From an uncultured Acidobacteriota bacterium (GTDB lineage: Bacteria > Acidobacteriota > Thermoanaerobaculia > UBA5066 > DATFVB01), in contig CAWEYG010000001.1 of assembly GCA_963813155.1 (NCBI GenBank), positions 768,001 through 832,000 of the forward strand: a stretch of 64,000 bases of DNA, in the 5' to 3' direction. Under the pieces are notes generated by a model that was not told where the DNA came from, did no database searches, and saw nothing but the letters and a program-made list of their open reading frames with translations. Of this stretch, positions 1 to 8,503 are shown one piece after another. Both the position numbers and the translations under genes were made by a program. Every line of letters starts with the position of its first letter. Position 1 is the first letter of the stretch.

Positions 1-286
1 CCTCGGTCGCTCCGTTGAGCTTGCCGCGGATCGAGCCCCGCAGCGTCATCGAGTACTGGTGGATGCCCTTGCCGAGAATGGCGGCCGCGATCTCGGGGGA
101 AGTGAGGCGAATCCGCACGACCGTCTTGTCGCCGATCGAGCCCAGATACGCGGCCGACGTCTCCACCTTGAAGTTCTTGACGGGGGTTTTCAGCTTCGTC
201 TCGGCCGACTGGACCTGGCCTCGGACGGGCATCGCGAAGAGCACCGCCGCGAGGGCGGCCGGGAGCACCGTCGAAGGGATTTTCAT
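1..286 (-). CDS. Secreted hypothetical protein, 5' part (runs off left edge)
   Basis: Manual translation MKIPSTVLPAALAAVLFAMPVRGQVQSAETK... open to base 1; signal-peptide-like N-terminus. Confidence 0.7.
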   Translation of the reverse strand, partial: MKIPSTVLPAALAAVLFAMPVRGQVQSAETKLKTPVKNFKVETSAAYLGSIGDKTVVRIRLTSPEIAAAILGKGIHQYSMTLRGSIRGKLNGATE

Positions 287-326
287 GAACGCCATAATCG
301 CCCGGCCGCGGTCGATATTCCCGTCG

Positions 327-1307
327 TCAGGCCGCAATCGCGTCGACGGCGAAGAATTCTTCGACCGCCCGGCGGAAGTCTTCCGGAGTCTGCAGCTGCG
401 AGATGCGCACGCGCAGCGCCCGGCCGTTCGGCAGGCCGTGGGTGTACCAGCCCGTCATCGTTCGCAACCGGTGGAGCGCGTGAATGGAGCTTTCGGAATC
501 CGCTTCGATCTCCGTGAAGTGCCAGAGCATCAGATCCCGGCGCTCATCCAGGGTCGCCGGAGTCGGCAGTCTTCCCGCCAGCAGGTCCGCCGTCTGCCGG
601 AAAATCCACGGGTTCTTCATCGTCGCGCGGCCCGCCATGACGGCGTCGCAGCCCGTCTCGCGAAGCATCCGGGCGGCGTCTTCCGGCGTTTCGACGTCCC
701 CGTTTCCGACAACCGGAATCGAGACCGCGGCCTTGAGCTCCGCGATCGCCGACCAATCCGCTTTTCCCGTGTACATCTGTCGCGCGGTCCTTCCGTGCAT
801 CGCGACGGCCGAGACCCCTTCTCCTTCGCAGACCCTTCCGATCTCGAGAAAATTCTTCCGGTCCGAATCGAGGCCGAGACGAAACTTGACGGTCAACGGA
901 ATCGAGAGGCGTTTCTTCACCTCGCGGATCATCGCTCCCGCGAGCGCCGGATCTCCCATCAGCGCCGCGCCGGCGCACCCCTTCAGCACTTTGTTCGCCG
1001 GGCAGCCCATGTTGATGTCGCAGACGTCGGGGTGAAGTTGCTCGACGATGTCGGCGGCAGCGGCCATGCGCTCGACGCTCGCGCCGTAGATCTGGATCGA
1101 GAGCGGACGCTCCTCTTCGTCGAAGACGAGCTTCCGGAGCTGCCGCGCGTTGCCCCGCGTGATCGCCTCCGACGAGATGAACTCCATCGTGACGAGGCCG
1201 ACGCCGCCGATGCGGCGAAGCATCCGGCGGTAGAGCCGGTCCGTGATGCCCGCCATGGGGGCGAGCACGAGCGGCGGGTCGATCGGGACGGGGCCGTAGT
1301 ACAGCAC
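327..1307 (-). CDS. dusB: tRNA-dihydrouridine synthase B
   Basis: LAPMAGITD, DINMGCP, VKFRLG, HGRT, GNGDV motifs; GTG start 7 nt after TATAAT. Confidence 0.92.
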   Translation of the reverse strand: MLYYGPVPIDPPLVLAPMAGITDRLYRRMLRRIGGVGLVTMEFISSEAITRGNARQLRKLVFDEEERPLSIQIYGASVERMAAAADIVEQLHPDVCDINMGCPANKVLKGCAGAALMGDPALAGAMIREVKKRLSIPLTVKFRLGLDSDRKNFLEIGRVCEGEGVSAVAMHGRTARQMYTGKADWSAIAELKAAVSIPVVGNGDVETPEDAARMLRETGCDAVMAGRATMKNPWIFRQTADLLAGRLPTPATLDERRDLMLWHFTEIEADSESSIHALHRLRTMTGWYTHGLPNGRALRVRISQLQTPEDFRRAVEEFFAVDAIAA

Positions 1308-1367
1308 GAGGCGAATTATAAGGCCCGCTCGGCCCACTCCGGTCCAACCCCAGCGCCGGCTCGGCAA

Positions 1368-1470
1368 GCGGGTCCTGTCGCGGGACTCGCCCCGCTTTTC
1401 CGCTCGCTGCAGACTTTGCTACGACTCCGCGCCGCGAACGGCAAAAGGGGTCTTGCCCCGCGCCACCCGC
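1368..1470 (+). repeat. Interspersed palindromic element, copy 1 of 3
   Basis: GCGGGTCCTGTC...CTTTTCCGCTCGC...GACTTTGCTA...CGGCAAAAGGG...CCACCCGC also at 56316 and 60137. Confidence 0.85.
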
Positions 1471-1539
1471 TCTCCTTGGCGCCGGCGCGTTGGCCCCGAC
1501 CGTCGCGGACCTTCGCTCAGCGGGGCGGGGCCGCCACCC

Positions 1540-2367
1540 TCACTGCCGCTGCCCGGGAAAGACGTACGTGTCCCCCGTGCGCACGTCGAGCACGGACGCG
1601 ACTGCGAAGCAGGCCGCGGAGGCGCTCGCCGTCTCCGGAATCGCGACGGTCACGCGCAGACCCGGCGCGTTCTGGTACCCCGCGGCCAGGTTCGACAGCA
1701 CGTCGGAGAAGCGATGGTTCGAGAACGGAAGGACGGTCGCGGTCACTCCCGCTCCCCCGTTGTTGACGATCAGCGAATGCTCCGGCTCGACGACGTTCAG
1801 AATCACCGTGACGGGCGCGGCCGACGTGTTCGTCACGTCCACGTTCGTGCGGAACCCCACGTCGTTCGCGAGGCCGTACATCTGCCACAGCGTCGCCGTG
1901 TCGTCGGCCGCGAGCCTTCGCCCGAGCGCTTCGGAAGCGGGAATTCCGGACTCGAACACTCCGTAAGTCCCCGTCGGCTGGCTCAGATAGATGTGGGCGG
2001 ACACGAGGACCGGCACGGCGTCCGAAACGTACCGAAGGTTGCCGATCAGGCTTCCGTTCAGGGAGAGCAAGCCCGGCAGGAAATCGGGAAAGAAGCGCGT
2101 CTCGCGCGGCGCGACGACGACGGTCGCCGAATTCCCGACCGTCCCGTCGGCCTCCGAGTTGTGAAACGTGACCGTGACGTCGGTCGGCGTGTCGGTCGAG
2201 GGGTTGTAGATCCAGAGGTCGGTCAGGAACGTTCCGATCGAGCCGGGCGCGTGCCCGACGCCCGGCACCCAGCCGTCCATCGCCGAGGGGGAATACGCCG
2301 CGGAGGCGGAAAGCGGGCAGAATGCAGCCGCTGCCGAGATCATCAGAGCCATGCGGAGCACCTTCAT
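1540..2367 (-). CDS. Secreted hypothetical protein
   Basis: 275-aa ORF, signal peptide, PGVGHAPG..FLTDLWIYNP and FRTNVDVTN segments of a type common in Thermoanaerobaculia exported proteins. Confidence 0.8.
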   Translation of the reverse strand: MKVLRMALMISAAAAFCPLSASAAYSPSAMDGWVPGVGHAPGSIGTFLTDLWIYNPSTDTPTDVTVTFHNSEADGTVGNSATVVVAPRETRFFPDFLPGLLSLNGSLIGNLRYVSDAVPVLVSAHIYLSQPTGTYGVFESGIPASEALGRRLAADDTATLWQMYGLANDVGFRTNVDVTNTSAAPVTVILNVVEPEHSLIVNNGGAGVTATVLPFSNHRFSDVLSNLAAGYQNAPGLRVTVAIPETASASAACFAVASVLDVRTGDTYVFPGQRQ

Positions 2368-2446
2368 AGAACGTCCCCCTGCGGGATGGACGAGCGGCAG
2401 CGAGAAAGGTTGGCGCAGTGGACCGTGTTAAGATTTCGTCCCCGAC

Positions 2447-2539
2447 GGAGAGGTGGGTGAGTGGCTGAAACCAGCGGTTTGCTAAACCGCCGTAGGGCTT
2501 AAAACTCTACCACGGGTTCGAATCCCGTCCTCTCCGCCA
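2447..2539 (+). tRNA. tRNA-Ser(GCT), copy 1
   Basis: GGAGAGG/CCTCTCC acceptor stem, anticodon arm GCGGT-TTGCTAA-ACCGC, long variable arm, TTCGAAT, encoded CCA. Confidence 0.97.
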
Positions 2540-2670
2540 GATTTCGCTCCACTTCGTTTCGCTGGCGCTGCGCGCGTCCTCGCGAAGCTCGGACAAATCT
2601 GGACGTCGACCTGGGGAAGGAATTCCCCAGGCCCCTTCTGCTTCCTTCGTTCGCTTCGCTCCGAGTCGCC
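2540..2670. repeat. Post-tRNA structured spacer (TTCGCT-rich ends, internal hairpin CCTGGGGAA..TTCCCCAGG)
   Basis: Hairpin at about 2610-2631; TTCGCTCC motif at both ends. Confidence 0.4.
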
Positions 2671-2672
2671 TA

Positions 2673-3047
2673 TCAGCGCGGCGGCGCGCCCGACCCTTTC
2701 CGGTTCGTCCCGTCGCCTCCCTCGAGCGTTGTCGTGACGTCGGCGTGCTCGACGAGCAGATTGACGGTCCGGCCCGACGGGATCGTCCGGTGAACGGCGC
2801 CCGACTCGACGACAATTCCGTCTCCGACGTTCAGGATCACCGTCCCGCCGTCGCGGAACTCGACGACGAGCGAGCCCTCCAGCGTGAGAAAGAATTCGTC
2901 CGAATTGGGATGAGAGTGCCATTCGGACGCATCCTCGTTGACTGCAATCTTGATTTCGTGGTCATTCATTCGACCCACGACGACGTGCTTGTGGCGTTTC
3001 TGAACCGCATTCCAAATGACGGGCAATTGCGCTACGGTTGGATTCAA
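2673..3047 (-). CDS. Cupin domain protein
   Basis: WHSHPNSDEFF...VHRT cupin motifs. Confidence 0.85.
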   Translation of the reverse strand: MNPTVAQLPVIWNAVQKRHKHVVVGRMNDHEIKIAVNEDASEWHSHPNSDEFFLTLEGSLVVEFRDGGTVILNVGDGIVVESGAVHRTIPSGRTVNLLVEHADVTTTLEGGDGTNRKGSGAPPR

Positions 3048-3048
3048 C

Positions 3049-3687
3049 TTACGCGTCCCGGGTCAGAAGTTTGAGGGCCACTCCGGCGGGAGATCGTCCC
3101 TGAACGCGAACGAGTTGCACCATCAGGGCCGCCGCCGGCTCGAGCAGGCGGGCGTTCTCGAGGCCTCCCGAGTCGACCGGCTCGAAACCCGCCTCCTCGA
3201 TGAGGCGAGCCGTCACGCTCTTCGCGTCGGGATCGTCTCCGCAGAAGAGAATCGACGCCCGGTCTCGCCGAAGCCTCCGCCGGCGTCGAGCGCTTCCGCG
3301 TAAATACCGTTGAACGCCTTGACGACCCGCGCGTCCCGCGCCCAGCGCGCGATCTTTTCCGCCCCGGAGGTCGTATGTCCGACCGCGAGGGCGTACCCGT
3401 CGGACGCCTCCGGATTCGTGGCGTCGATGAGGACCTTGCCGGCAAAGCCTCCCGCGTGCTCGAGCATTTCTTCGGTGTCCGACCATCGCGTCGCGAGGAC
3501 CAGGAACGTCGCAGGAAGAAACCGCCTCGGCGGGCAGCGCCGCCTCGACCCCGAGAGCCGCGCGCGCCGCGGCGGCGAGGGCTCGCGGCCGATCCCGCGA
3601 GGCGAGAAAAACACGGTGCGAGTTGCGCGCGAACGCGCGAGCCAGCGAGCTCCCCATCTTCCCCGTTCCCAGGACGCCGATTTTCAC
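3049..3687 (-). CDS. NADPH-dependent F420 reductase-like oxidoreductase (frameshifted)
   Basis: GxGxxG (LGTGKMG) and CGDD..GFEPVD in one frame; LIDATNP and VVKAFN in another; shifts near 3500 and 3260. Confidence 0.75.
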   Translation of the reverse strand: MKIGVLGTGKMGSSLARAFARNSHRVFLASRDRPRALAAAARAALGVEAALPAEAVSSCDVPGPRDAMVGHRRNARARGRLCRQGPHRRHESGGVRRVRPRGRTYDLRGGKDRALGAGRAGRQGVQRYLRGSARRRRRLRRDRASILFCGDDPDAKSVTARLIEEAGFEPVDSGGLENARLLEPAAALMVQLVRVQGRSPAGVALKLLTRDA

Positions 3688-3997
3688 CGGCCTGCGTCCC
3701 CGGGCCGTTCGAATCGGCTTTCCCTCAGGACCTCGGCGACCTCCATTGCATAGTACTCATACCAGCGCTCTCGCCCCTTCTCCTGCGCGGCGCGGTGGCG
3801 GAGATCCTCGCGCCACGCCTGGAGCGTCTTCAGGTCCTCCCAACGGACGACCGGCTCGCCGCCCTCTTCCTCTTGTAAAAGCGAATGTCGACGAAACCCG
3901 GAGCGGAGTGCGCGAGATCGAGCATCCGCTTCGACATCGCGTCGTCGTCCTCTCCCGCCGCGGCGGTGAGCTTCGACCGGAACAGGATCACGATCAT
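3684..3997 (-). CDS. Antibiotic biosynthesis monooxygenase (ABM) family, one frameshift
   Basis: MIVILFRSKL...PGFVDIR, then after a shift near 3880 WEDLKTLQAWR..HRAAQEKGRERWYE. Confidence 0.75.
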
Positions 3998-4346
3998 GCG
4001 GCCTCGCTGCGGCCGATCCGCTCAACGTCGTCGAGGAGCGCGACAACGTCCGACTCGGTCGTTCGGAAGTTGACGATGCAGACACGAATCGAGGTCTTGC
4101 CCTTCAGCACCGTCGGGTAGACGAAGGCCGAGCCGTCCTCGACGATCCGATGGATGATCCGGCGGTTGAGGTCGCGGAGCTTCGCCTCGTCGAGCTTCGC
4201 CTTCGCGGGCCGAAAACGGAAATTCGCGATCGAAAGGACAGGGTCGCTCAGGCGCTCGAGGTCGTTGCGCCGATCGACTTCGGCGGAGAGGAATTTCGCG
4301 AGCTCGACGTTCCTCTCGATCATCTCCGCGTAGGCGCGGCGTCCCT
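3994..4346 (-). pseudogene. C-terminal fragment of PLP-dependent (group II) amino-acid decarboxylase
   Basis: GRRAYAEMIERNVELA..LSIANFRF..LNRRI..IRVCIVNFRTT; upstream frame closed by TAGTAG. Confidence 0.8.
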
Positions 4347-4368
4347 ACTACTCCAAGTACATCTTCCA

Positions 4369-4767
4369 ATGACAGATCCGTGCGGTGATCAGCGGAACGA
4401 CCTCGCCCGCGGCGTCAGCTCGCTCCTGGTTTGGTGCATCCCCGCGGCGATTTTGATGGTCACTGCGCTCACCAATAGCTATCAGGGAGTGATCTGGCCG
4501 ATCGTGCTGACGTGGATGGGCGGAGCCTGCCTCGTCAACGCGAAGCGCTGCGGCCGACGGCACTGCTATTTCACCGGACCGTTCTTCCTCGTGCTTGCGG
4601 CGGCTTCGCTCCTTTACGGGCTCGGTATTCTCCGCCTCGGCCCGCATGGATGGTCCACGCTCGCATCGATCCTTCTCGCCGGCGCGCTTCTGCTCACGTG
4701 CCTACCCGAATGGATCTGGGGCAGGTATACGAATTCATCTCGACACTCTACGGAGGGACGACTATGA
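4369..4767 (+). CDS. Small multi-pass membrane protein with CGRRHC motif
   Basis: 132-aa hydrophobic ORF in an AT-richer patch; ACLVNAKRCGRRHCYFTGPFF. Confidence 0.75.
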   Translation: MTDPCGDQRNDLARGVSSLLVWCIPAAILMVTALTNSYQGVIWPIVLTWMGGACLVNAKRCGRRHCYFTGPFFLVLAAASLLYGLGILRLGPHGWSTLASILLAGALLLTCLPEWIWGRYTNSSRHSTEGRL

Positions 4768-4905
4768 AAACGGGACCCGCAGAAGGCGGGACCGCTCCCC
4801 GGCAATCGCCTCGGCAGCGAGGAGTCCGTATCGCTTCGCCTCCTCGGAAGAGACGTCGAATCCGAGGCCCGGCGGCACAGCGACGGACTCGATCCTGCCG
4901 CTCAT
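4762..4905 (-). pseudogene. Probable N-terminal fragment of the same PLP decarboxylase
   Basis: MSGRIES..FDVSSEEAKRYGLLAAEAIAGERSRLLRVP resembles DDC-family N-termini; ATGA overlap with upstream permease stop. Confidence 0.55.
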
Positions 4906-5298
4906 CGCGACTCCGCGATCGCCAGCGAGGGCGAGATGCGCGCCGCGCGCCGGGCCGCGAACCAGGTCGAGGCCATGCACAGGACGCCGAGCGTCGCCGC
5001 GACGCCGGCGAGCAGGGACGGACCGGGCCGAGGCGTTCCCGGAAGGGCTCCGGCGAGAACCGTCGAACACGCGGCGACCGCGAGCCCCCCGGCGACGAGG
5101 CCCGCGCCCGCCAGCGCGACGCCGCGACGCAGGACGAAGATGACCACGCGCCCCGCGGTCGCGCCGAGCGCCATCCGGATCGATAGCTCGCGCGTCTGCT
5201 GCGAAACGGAATAGGAGATCAGCCCGAAGAGCCCGACGCCGGCGAGCAGGGTCGCCGAGGCGGAAAGCAGGCCCATCAGGAGCATCTGGGCCGGACGG
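4902..5298 (-). pseudogene. C-terminal fragment of FtsX/ADOP-type ABC permease
   Basis: GLFGLISYSVSQQTRELSIRMALGA...ARRAARISP; 5' part missing. Confidence 0.85.
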
Positions 5299-5299
5299 G

Positions 5300-5757
5300 T
5301 TGTTCGTGGGTAATTGCAGTGCTGTGGTACAGTTGCCGAGTTGTATTGCCAACGCCACCACTCTCTGCTTGGACGATAAGCCCAATGACAAACGGTTCCA
5401 GATTTCGGTACAGTACAACACTACGGAAGGGGGAGGATCTTTTGGCGCCGGGCAAGCTATCGCTTTGGGCACAGATGGTGTGACACAGGGAGAACAGACG
5501 GGTCGTGGAAGCTGTGTAGATACGGCCTGTTTTGGCTCTTTTCCAGCTCTAATCCAGAAATCCTGGTTAAGGTTTTGAATGCGTGTTCTGTCAACAATCA
5601 TATCTGGGTTTTCGCCTCCGGCACTACTAATGTGGGGCTTGATCTGACGGTTTATAAACTGGATACAACGACCAAATTCAGCCAGACCTATATTAATCCT
5701 GATGTTCACGCGATGGATACGGTGCAGGATACAACGACCTTCCCCTGCAGTAACTAA
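5300..5757 (+). pseudogene. AT-rich fragment of an exported-protein C-terminal domain (frameshifted)
   Basis: CIANATTLCL..RFQISV, then FWLF..NPEILVKVLNACSVNNHIWVFASGTTNV..DTTTFPC; no 5' part. Confidence 0.65.
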
Positions 5758-5901
5758 CTCAGGGGCAGCATTGAGCAGACAAGCTGATAAAGAGCTAGGA
5801 GTTCCTGCCACGAACCTGCCAGGCGAAGAATCTGCTCGTTAGAGAACGACGGACCGCCGCCGGGAGAATGCCCGGCGGCAATCCAAAGAAAAGAAAGAAG
5901 T

Positions 5902-5994
5902 TGGCGGAGAGGACGAGATTCGAACTCGTGGTAGAGCTATTCACCCTACGGCGGTTTAGCAAACCGCTGGTTTCAGCCACTCACCCACCTCTCC
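5902..5994 (-). tRNA. tRNA-Ser(GCT), copy 2
   Basis: Full cloverleaf on minus strand, same anticodon, different variable loop and T-stem pair, encoded CCA. Confidence 0.97.
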
Positions 5995-6036
5995 GTCAGG
6001 GACGGAAATCTTAGCACGGCTGATCCTTCGAGAGTT

Positions 6037-6909
6037 TCACCGTCCGGCGTCTCGAAATCTCTCCCCGTGCCACGCCGCGATCTCGAGCATGGCCTTCGAC
6101 CAGTACGGCCAATCGTGGACTCCCGGCTCAAGGCGGGCGGTCGCCCGGATGCCGCGGCGATTCAGAACGTCCGCGTAGACGGCGGCGACGTGATCGAGGT
6201 GATACTTGTCTTCAGTTCCCGCGAGGAGAAACACGTCGAACGGATCGTGCCAGTCTTCCCGGCTCTGCGCGATCTTCCAGACGTCGTTTTCGGCGAGCGA
6301 GTTGTCGGCCGGCGAGCCGCCGAAAACCCGGTGAAGCTGCCGCCGCGCGAGGAAGAAGACTTTTTCGATGTCGTCCCATCCCATGGGAATGATCGCCCCG
6401 GAAAGCGCGGAGACCGACCCGTACTCCGCGGCGTGGCGCAGGGCGATCTTGACCGAGCCGTAGCCGCCCATCGAAATCCCCGTGATTCCGCGGTTTTGCC
6501 GCCCCGGCAGCACGCGGAAGCGGCGCTCGATCTCGCCCGGGAGCTCGTCCGCGACGAGATCCTCGTACCGGTTCGACCCGTCGTGGAAATTCGAAAACCA
6601 CGAGCGTCCCCCTTCGGGACAGACGACGAGAAACTCGGGGATCGCGCCGCTGCGCATGGCCCGGTCGAGGCGAGCCGCGACGCCCTCGCGCCAGAGCACG
6701 TCGTGGTCGCCGAATCCGTCGTGGAGAAAATAGAGAACCGGGTACTTCCGCGTTTCCGAGGCATAACCGGGAGGCAGAAAGACCGAGTAGACGGCTTTCC
6801 GGGCAAGAGCCGCGCTCGCGAACGATTCCTCGCGCCCGCCGGGTTGTTCGGCGCCGCAGCGAAACGCAAAGGCGAGCGCAAGACCGATTCCGATCCCCTT
6901 CCGGGTCAT
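6037..6909 (-). CDS. Secreted esterase (alpha/beta hydrolase)
   Basis: YPVLYFLHDG, GISMGG nucleophile elbow, GVHDWPYW. Confidence 0.9.
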   Translation of the reverse strand: MTRKGIGIGLALAFAFRCGAEQPGGREESFASAALARKAVYSVFLPPGYASETRKYPVLYFLHDGFGDHDVLWREGVAARLDRAMRSGAIPEFLVVCPEGGRSWFSNFHDGSNRYEDLVADELPGEIERRFRVLPGRQNRGITGISMGGYGSVKIALRHAAEYGSVSALSGAIIPMGWDDIEKVFFLARRQLHRVFGGSPADNSLAENDVWKIAQSREDWHDPFDVFLLAGTEDKYHLDHVAAVYADVLNRRGIRATARLEPGVHDWPYWSKAMLEIAAWHGERFRDAGR

Positions 6910-7228
6910 CGGGAAAGTCTAGCAGCCTGCTAGCGGACGGCGATGCTTCTCGTGTCGCCGCGAAGGACACGGCGGGGCGGCCGGCTCGCGGCCAGCAACG
7001 TCGCCGCCAGCGCGGCGGCGACCAACACGATGGCGACGGCGATCACCTCGCCGGTTCGCCGCCGAAAGCCGGATTGCCTCACCGGATAGAAGACCAGCTT
7101 CCGTCCGTCCTTGAGGTGAAACTTTGCACAGGACCCGGGAAGAGAACTCTGCATTTTCCGTCCGCGGGGATGCAATCGGCATGCCCCCTGGATCTGTGTA
7201 CGGAGCCGGCAGGGCCGGCGTCGGCCCT

Positions 7229-7978
7229 CTACTTTGGCGGTGTCAAGGCAGCGTCGTCGGGAGTCTCGGAGACCGAGACATTCTCGAACCGGATCTCGAC
7301 CGGCTTTGCGGCCAGCGGTTTCGACGTCGACAACTGGATCGGGCCGAAGCGGCGCCAGTCTTTCCAGGCGACCACGGTCGGCGGGTCGGTCGCGCCGTTC
7401 AGAACGTACTTCCACTGGTCGAGAAGATGCGTCGACCGGTCGATGTCCATCCAGTAGACGTCTTTGGGCGTCAACCCCACGTTCTCGAAGGAAAGCTTGA
7501 TCTCATCGCAGTCCTGGCCTCCGGCCGCTTTGACTTCGCCGACGTACTCGAGGTTGACACCCGGATCGAAAACTTTCCACGGCGCGAGGAGCCAGTACGT
7601 GTCGTTGATGAACCTGCCGTACGCGTTTTCGAGCCCCTTCGCTTTCACGTCCCCTTCCGCGCGCGTGCCGTTCACGAAGTACTCCCCCTGCTTCGTCGCG
7701 ACGTTGAAATACGCCTTCCAGGGGCCGTTCTTGGGATCGTTGCCCTCGACTCGATAACGCCCGTCATAGCGGTCCCACCAGTGGGAAAAGGAAGCGATCG
7801 GTTTCCCGTCGCGAACCACGGTGAAGTCGAACCGGAGAAACCGGGCTTTGTCCCAACCGCTCTTGCCCCCCATCGCGGAGATCATCGACTCCGCCACGGA
7901 GACGGCCTTCGGATCCTGCGCCGCGGCCAGAAGGGCCGCCGCGCCCGAAAACACCACCGCGAAAACGAGCTTCTTCAT
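7229..7978 (-). CDS. Secreted hypothetical protein (DUF6503-like)
   Basis: Signal peptide; AMGGKSGW, FINDTYWLLAPWK, GLTPKDVYW. Confidence 0.8.
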   Translation of the reverse strand: MKKLVFAVVFSGAAALLAAAQDPKAVSVAESMISAMGGKSGWDKARFLRFDFTVVRDGKPIASFSHWWDRYDGRYRVEGNDPKNGPWKAYFNVATKQGEYFVNGTRAEGDVKAKGLENAYGRFINDTYWLLAPWKVFDPGVNLEYVGEVKAAGGQDCDEIKLSFENVGLTPKDVYWMDIDRSTHLLDQWKYVLNGATDPPTVVAWKDWRRFGPIQLSTSKPLAAKPVEIRFENVSVSETPDDAALTPPK

Positions 7979-8032
7979 GCTCCGATTCTAGACCTGAACG
8001 GAGACCCCGAATCGCCGTGATAAGGTTTTTTC

Positions 8033-8503
8033 GTGGAGAAGCCCGGAAGGATTCCCGACCATCTGTCCCGGCTCCTCGGAGGAGCGGGATTCCGCCTGCG
8101 CCGCAGGCTGATCCTTCCGCTGCTGACCTGCGATCCCGAGGGAACCCCGCGCGCCGCCCTGTTGACGCTTTCGGAGGTTCGGGCCCTCTCGCGGAGCCGG
8201 TTCGCCGTGGCCGTTTCCGGCGGATCGATGACCGAAGCGAACCTGATCCGCCGGCAGGGAGCGACCCTGTTGTACCTCGACGCCGGGGCCTCCGTTTCGA
8301 TCCAGGCCCGCGCCGGAAAAGCGCTCGTCTCGCGCAGCTCTCCGGACAAGAGAATCTTTCCGCTTCAGGTCGTCCGCGTGAAGGAAGACCGGCCCCTCCC
8401 CGGCGAAGTCTCGTTCTCGATTTCGAGTGGTCCGCGTTTCTCGGGGCGGGGCGCCTCGGCGCTTTTTTCCCCGGCGCTTTTCCGAGAGCTGAGCCGCGCT
8501 TGA
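8033..8503 (+). CDS. Pyridoxamine 5'-phosphate oxidase-like split-barrel protein
   Basis: LLTCDPEGTPR..S.TEANL pattern; overlaps SDR start. Confidence 0.6.
   Translation: MEKPGRIPDHLSRLLGGAGFRLRRRLILPLLTCDPEGTPRAALLTLSEVRALSRSRFAVAVSGGSMTEANLIRRQGATLLYLDAGASVSIQARAGKALVSRSSPDKRIFPLQVVRVKEDRPLPGEVSFSISSGPRFSGRGASALFSPALFRELSRA

Noticed and set aside
4347-4770. Integron cassette or IS origin for the inserted membrane-protein gene
   Set aside because: No attC-like palindrome, terminal inverted repeats, target duplication or integrase seen.
2447-5994. One of the long-arm tRNAs might be tRNA-Sec (selC), supporting the UxxU gene
   Set aside because: Both have anticodon GCT and a 7-bp acceptor stem. 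No TCA anticodon is present, and no sel genes are visible in this window.
6930-7046. Possible 38-aa membrane peptide (VIAVAIVLVAAALAATLLAASRPPRR...)
   Set aside because: Plausible hydrophobic helix, but too short to support without homology.
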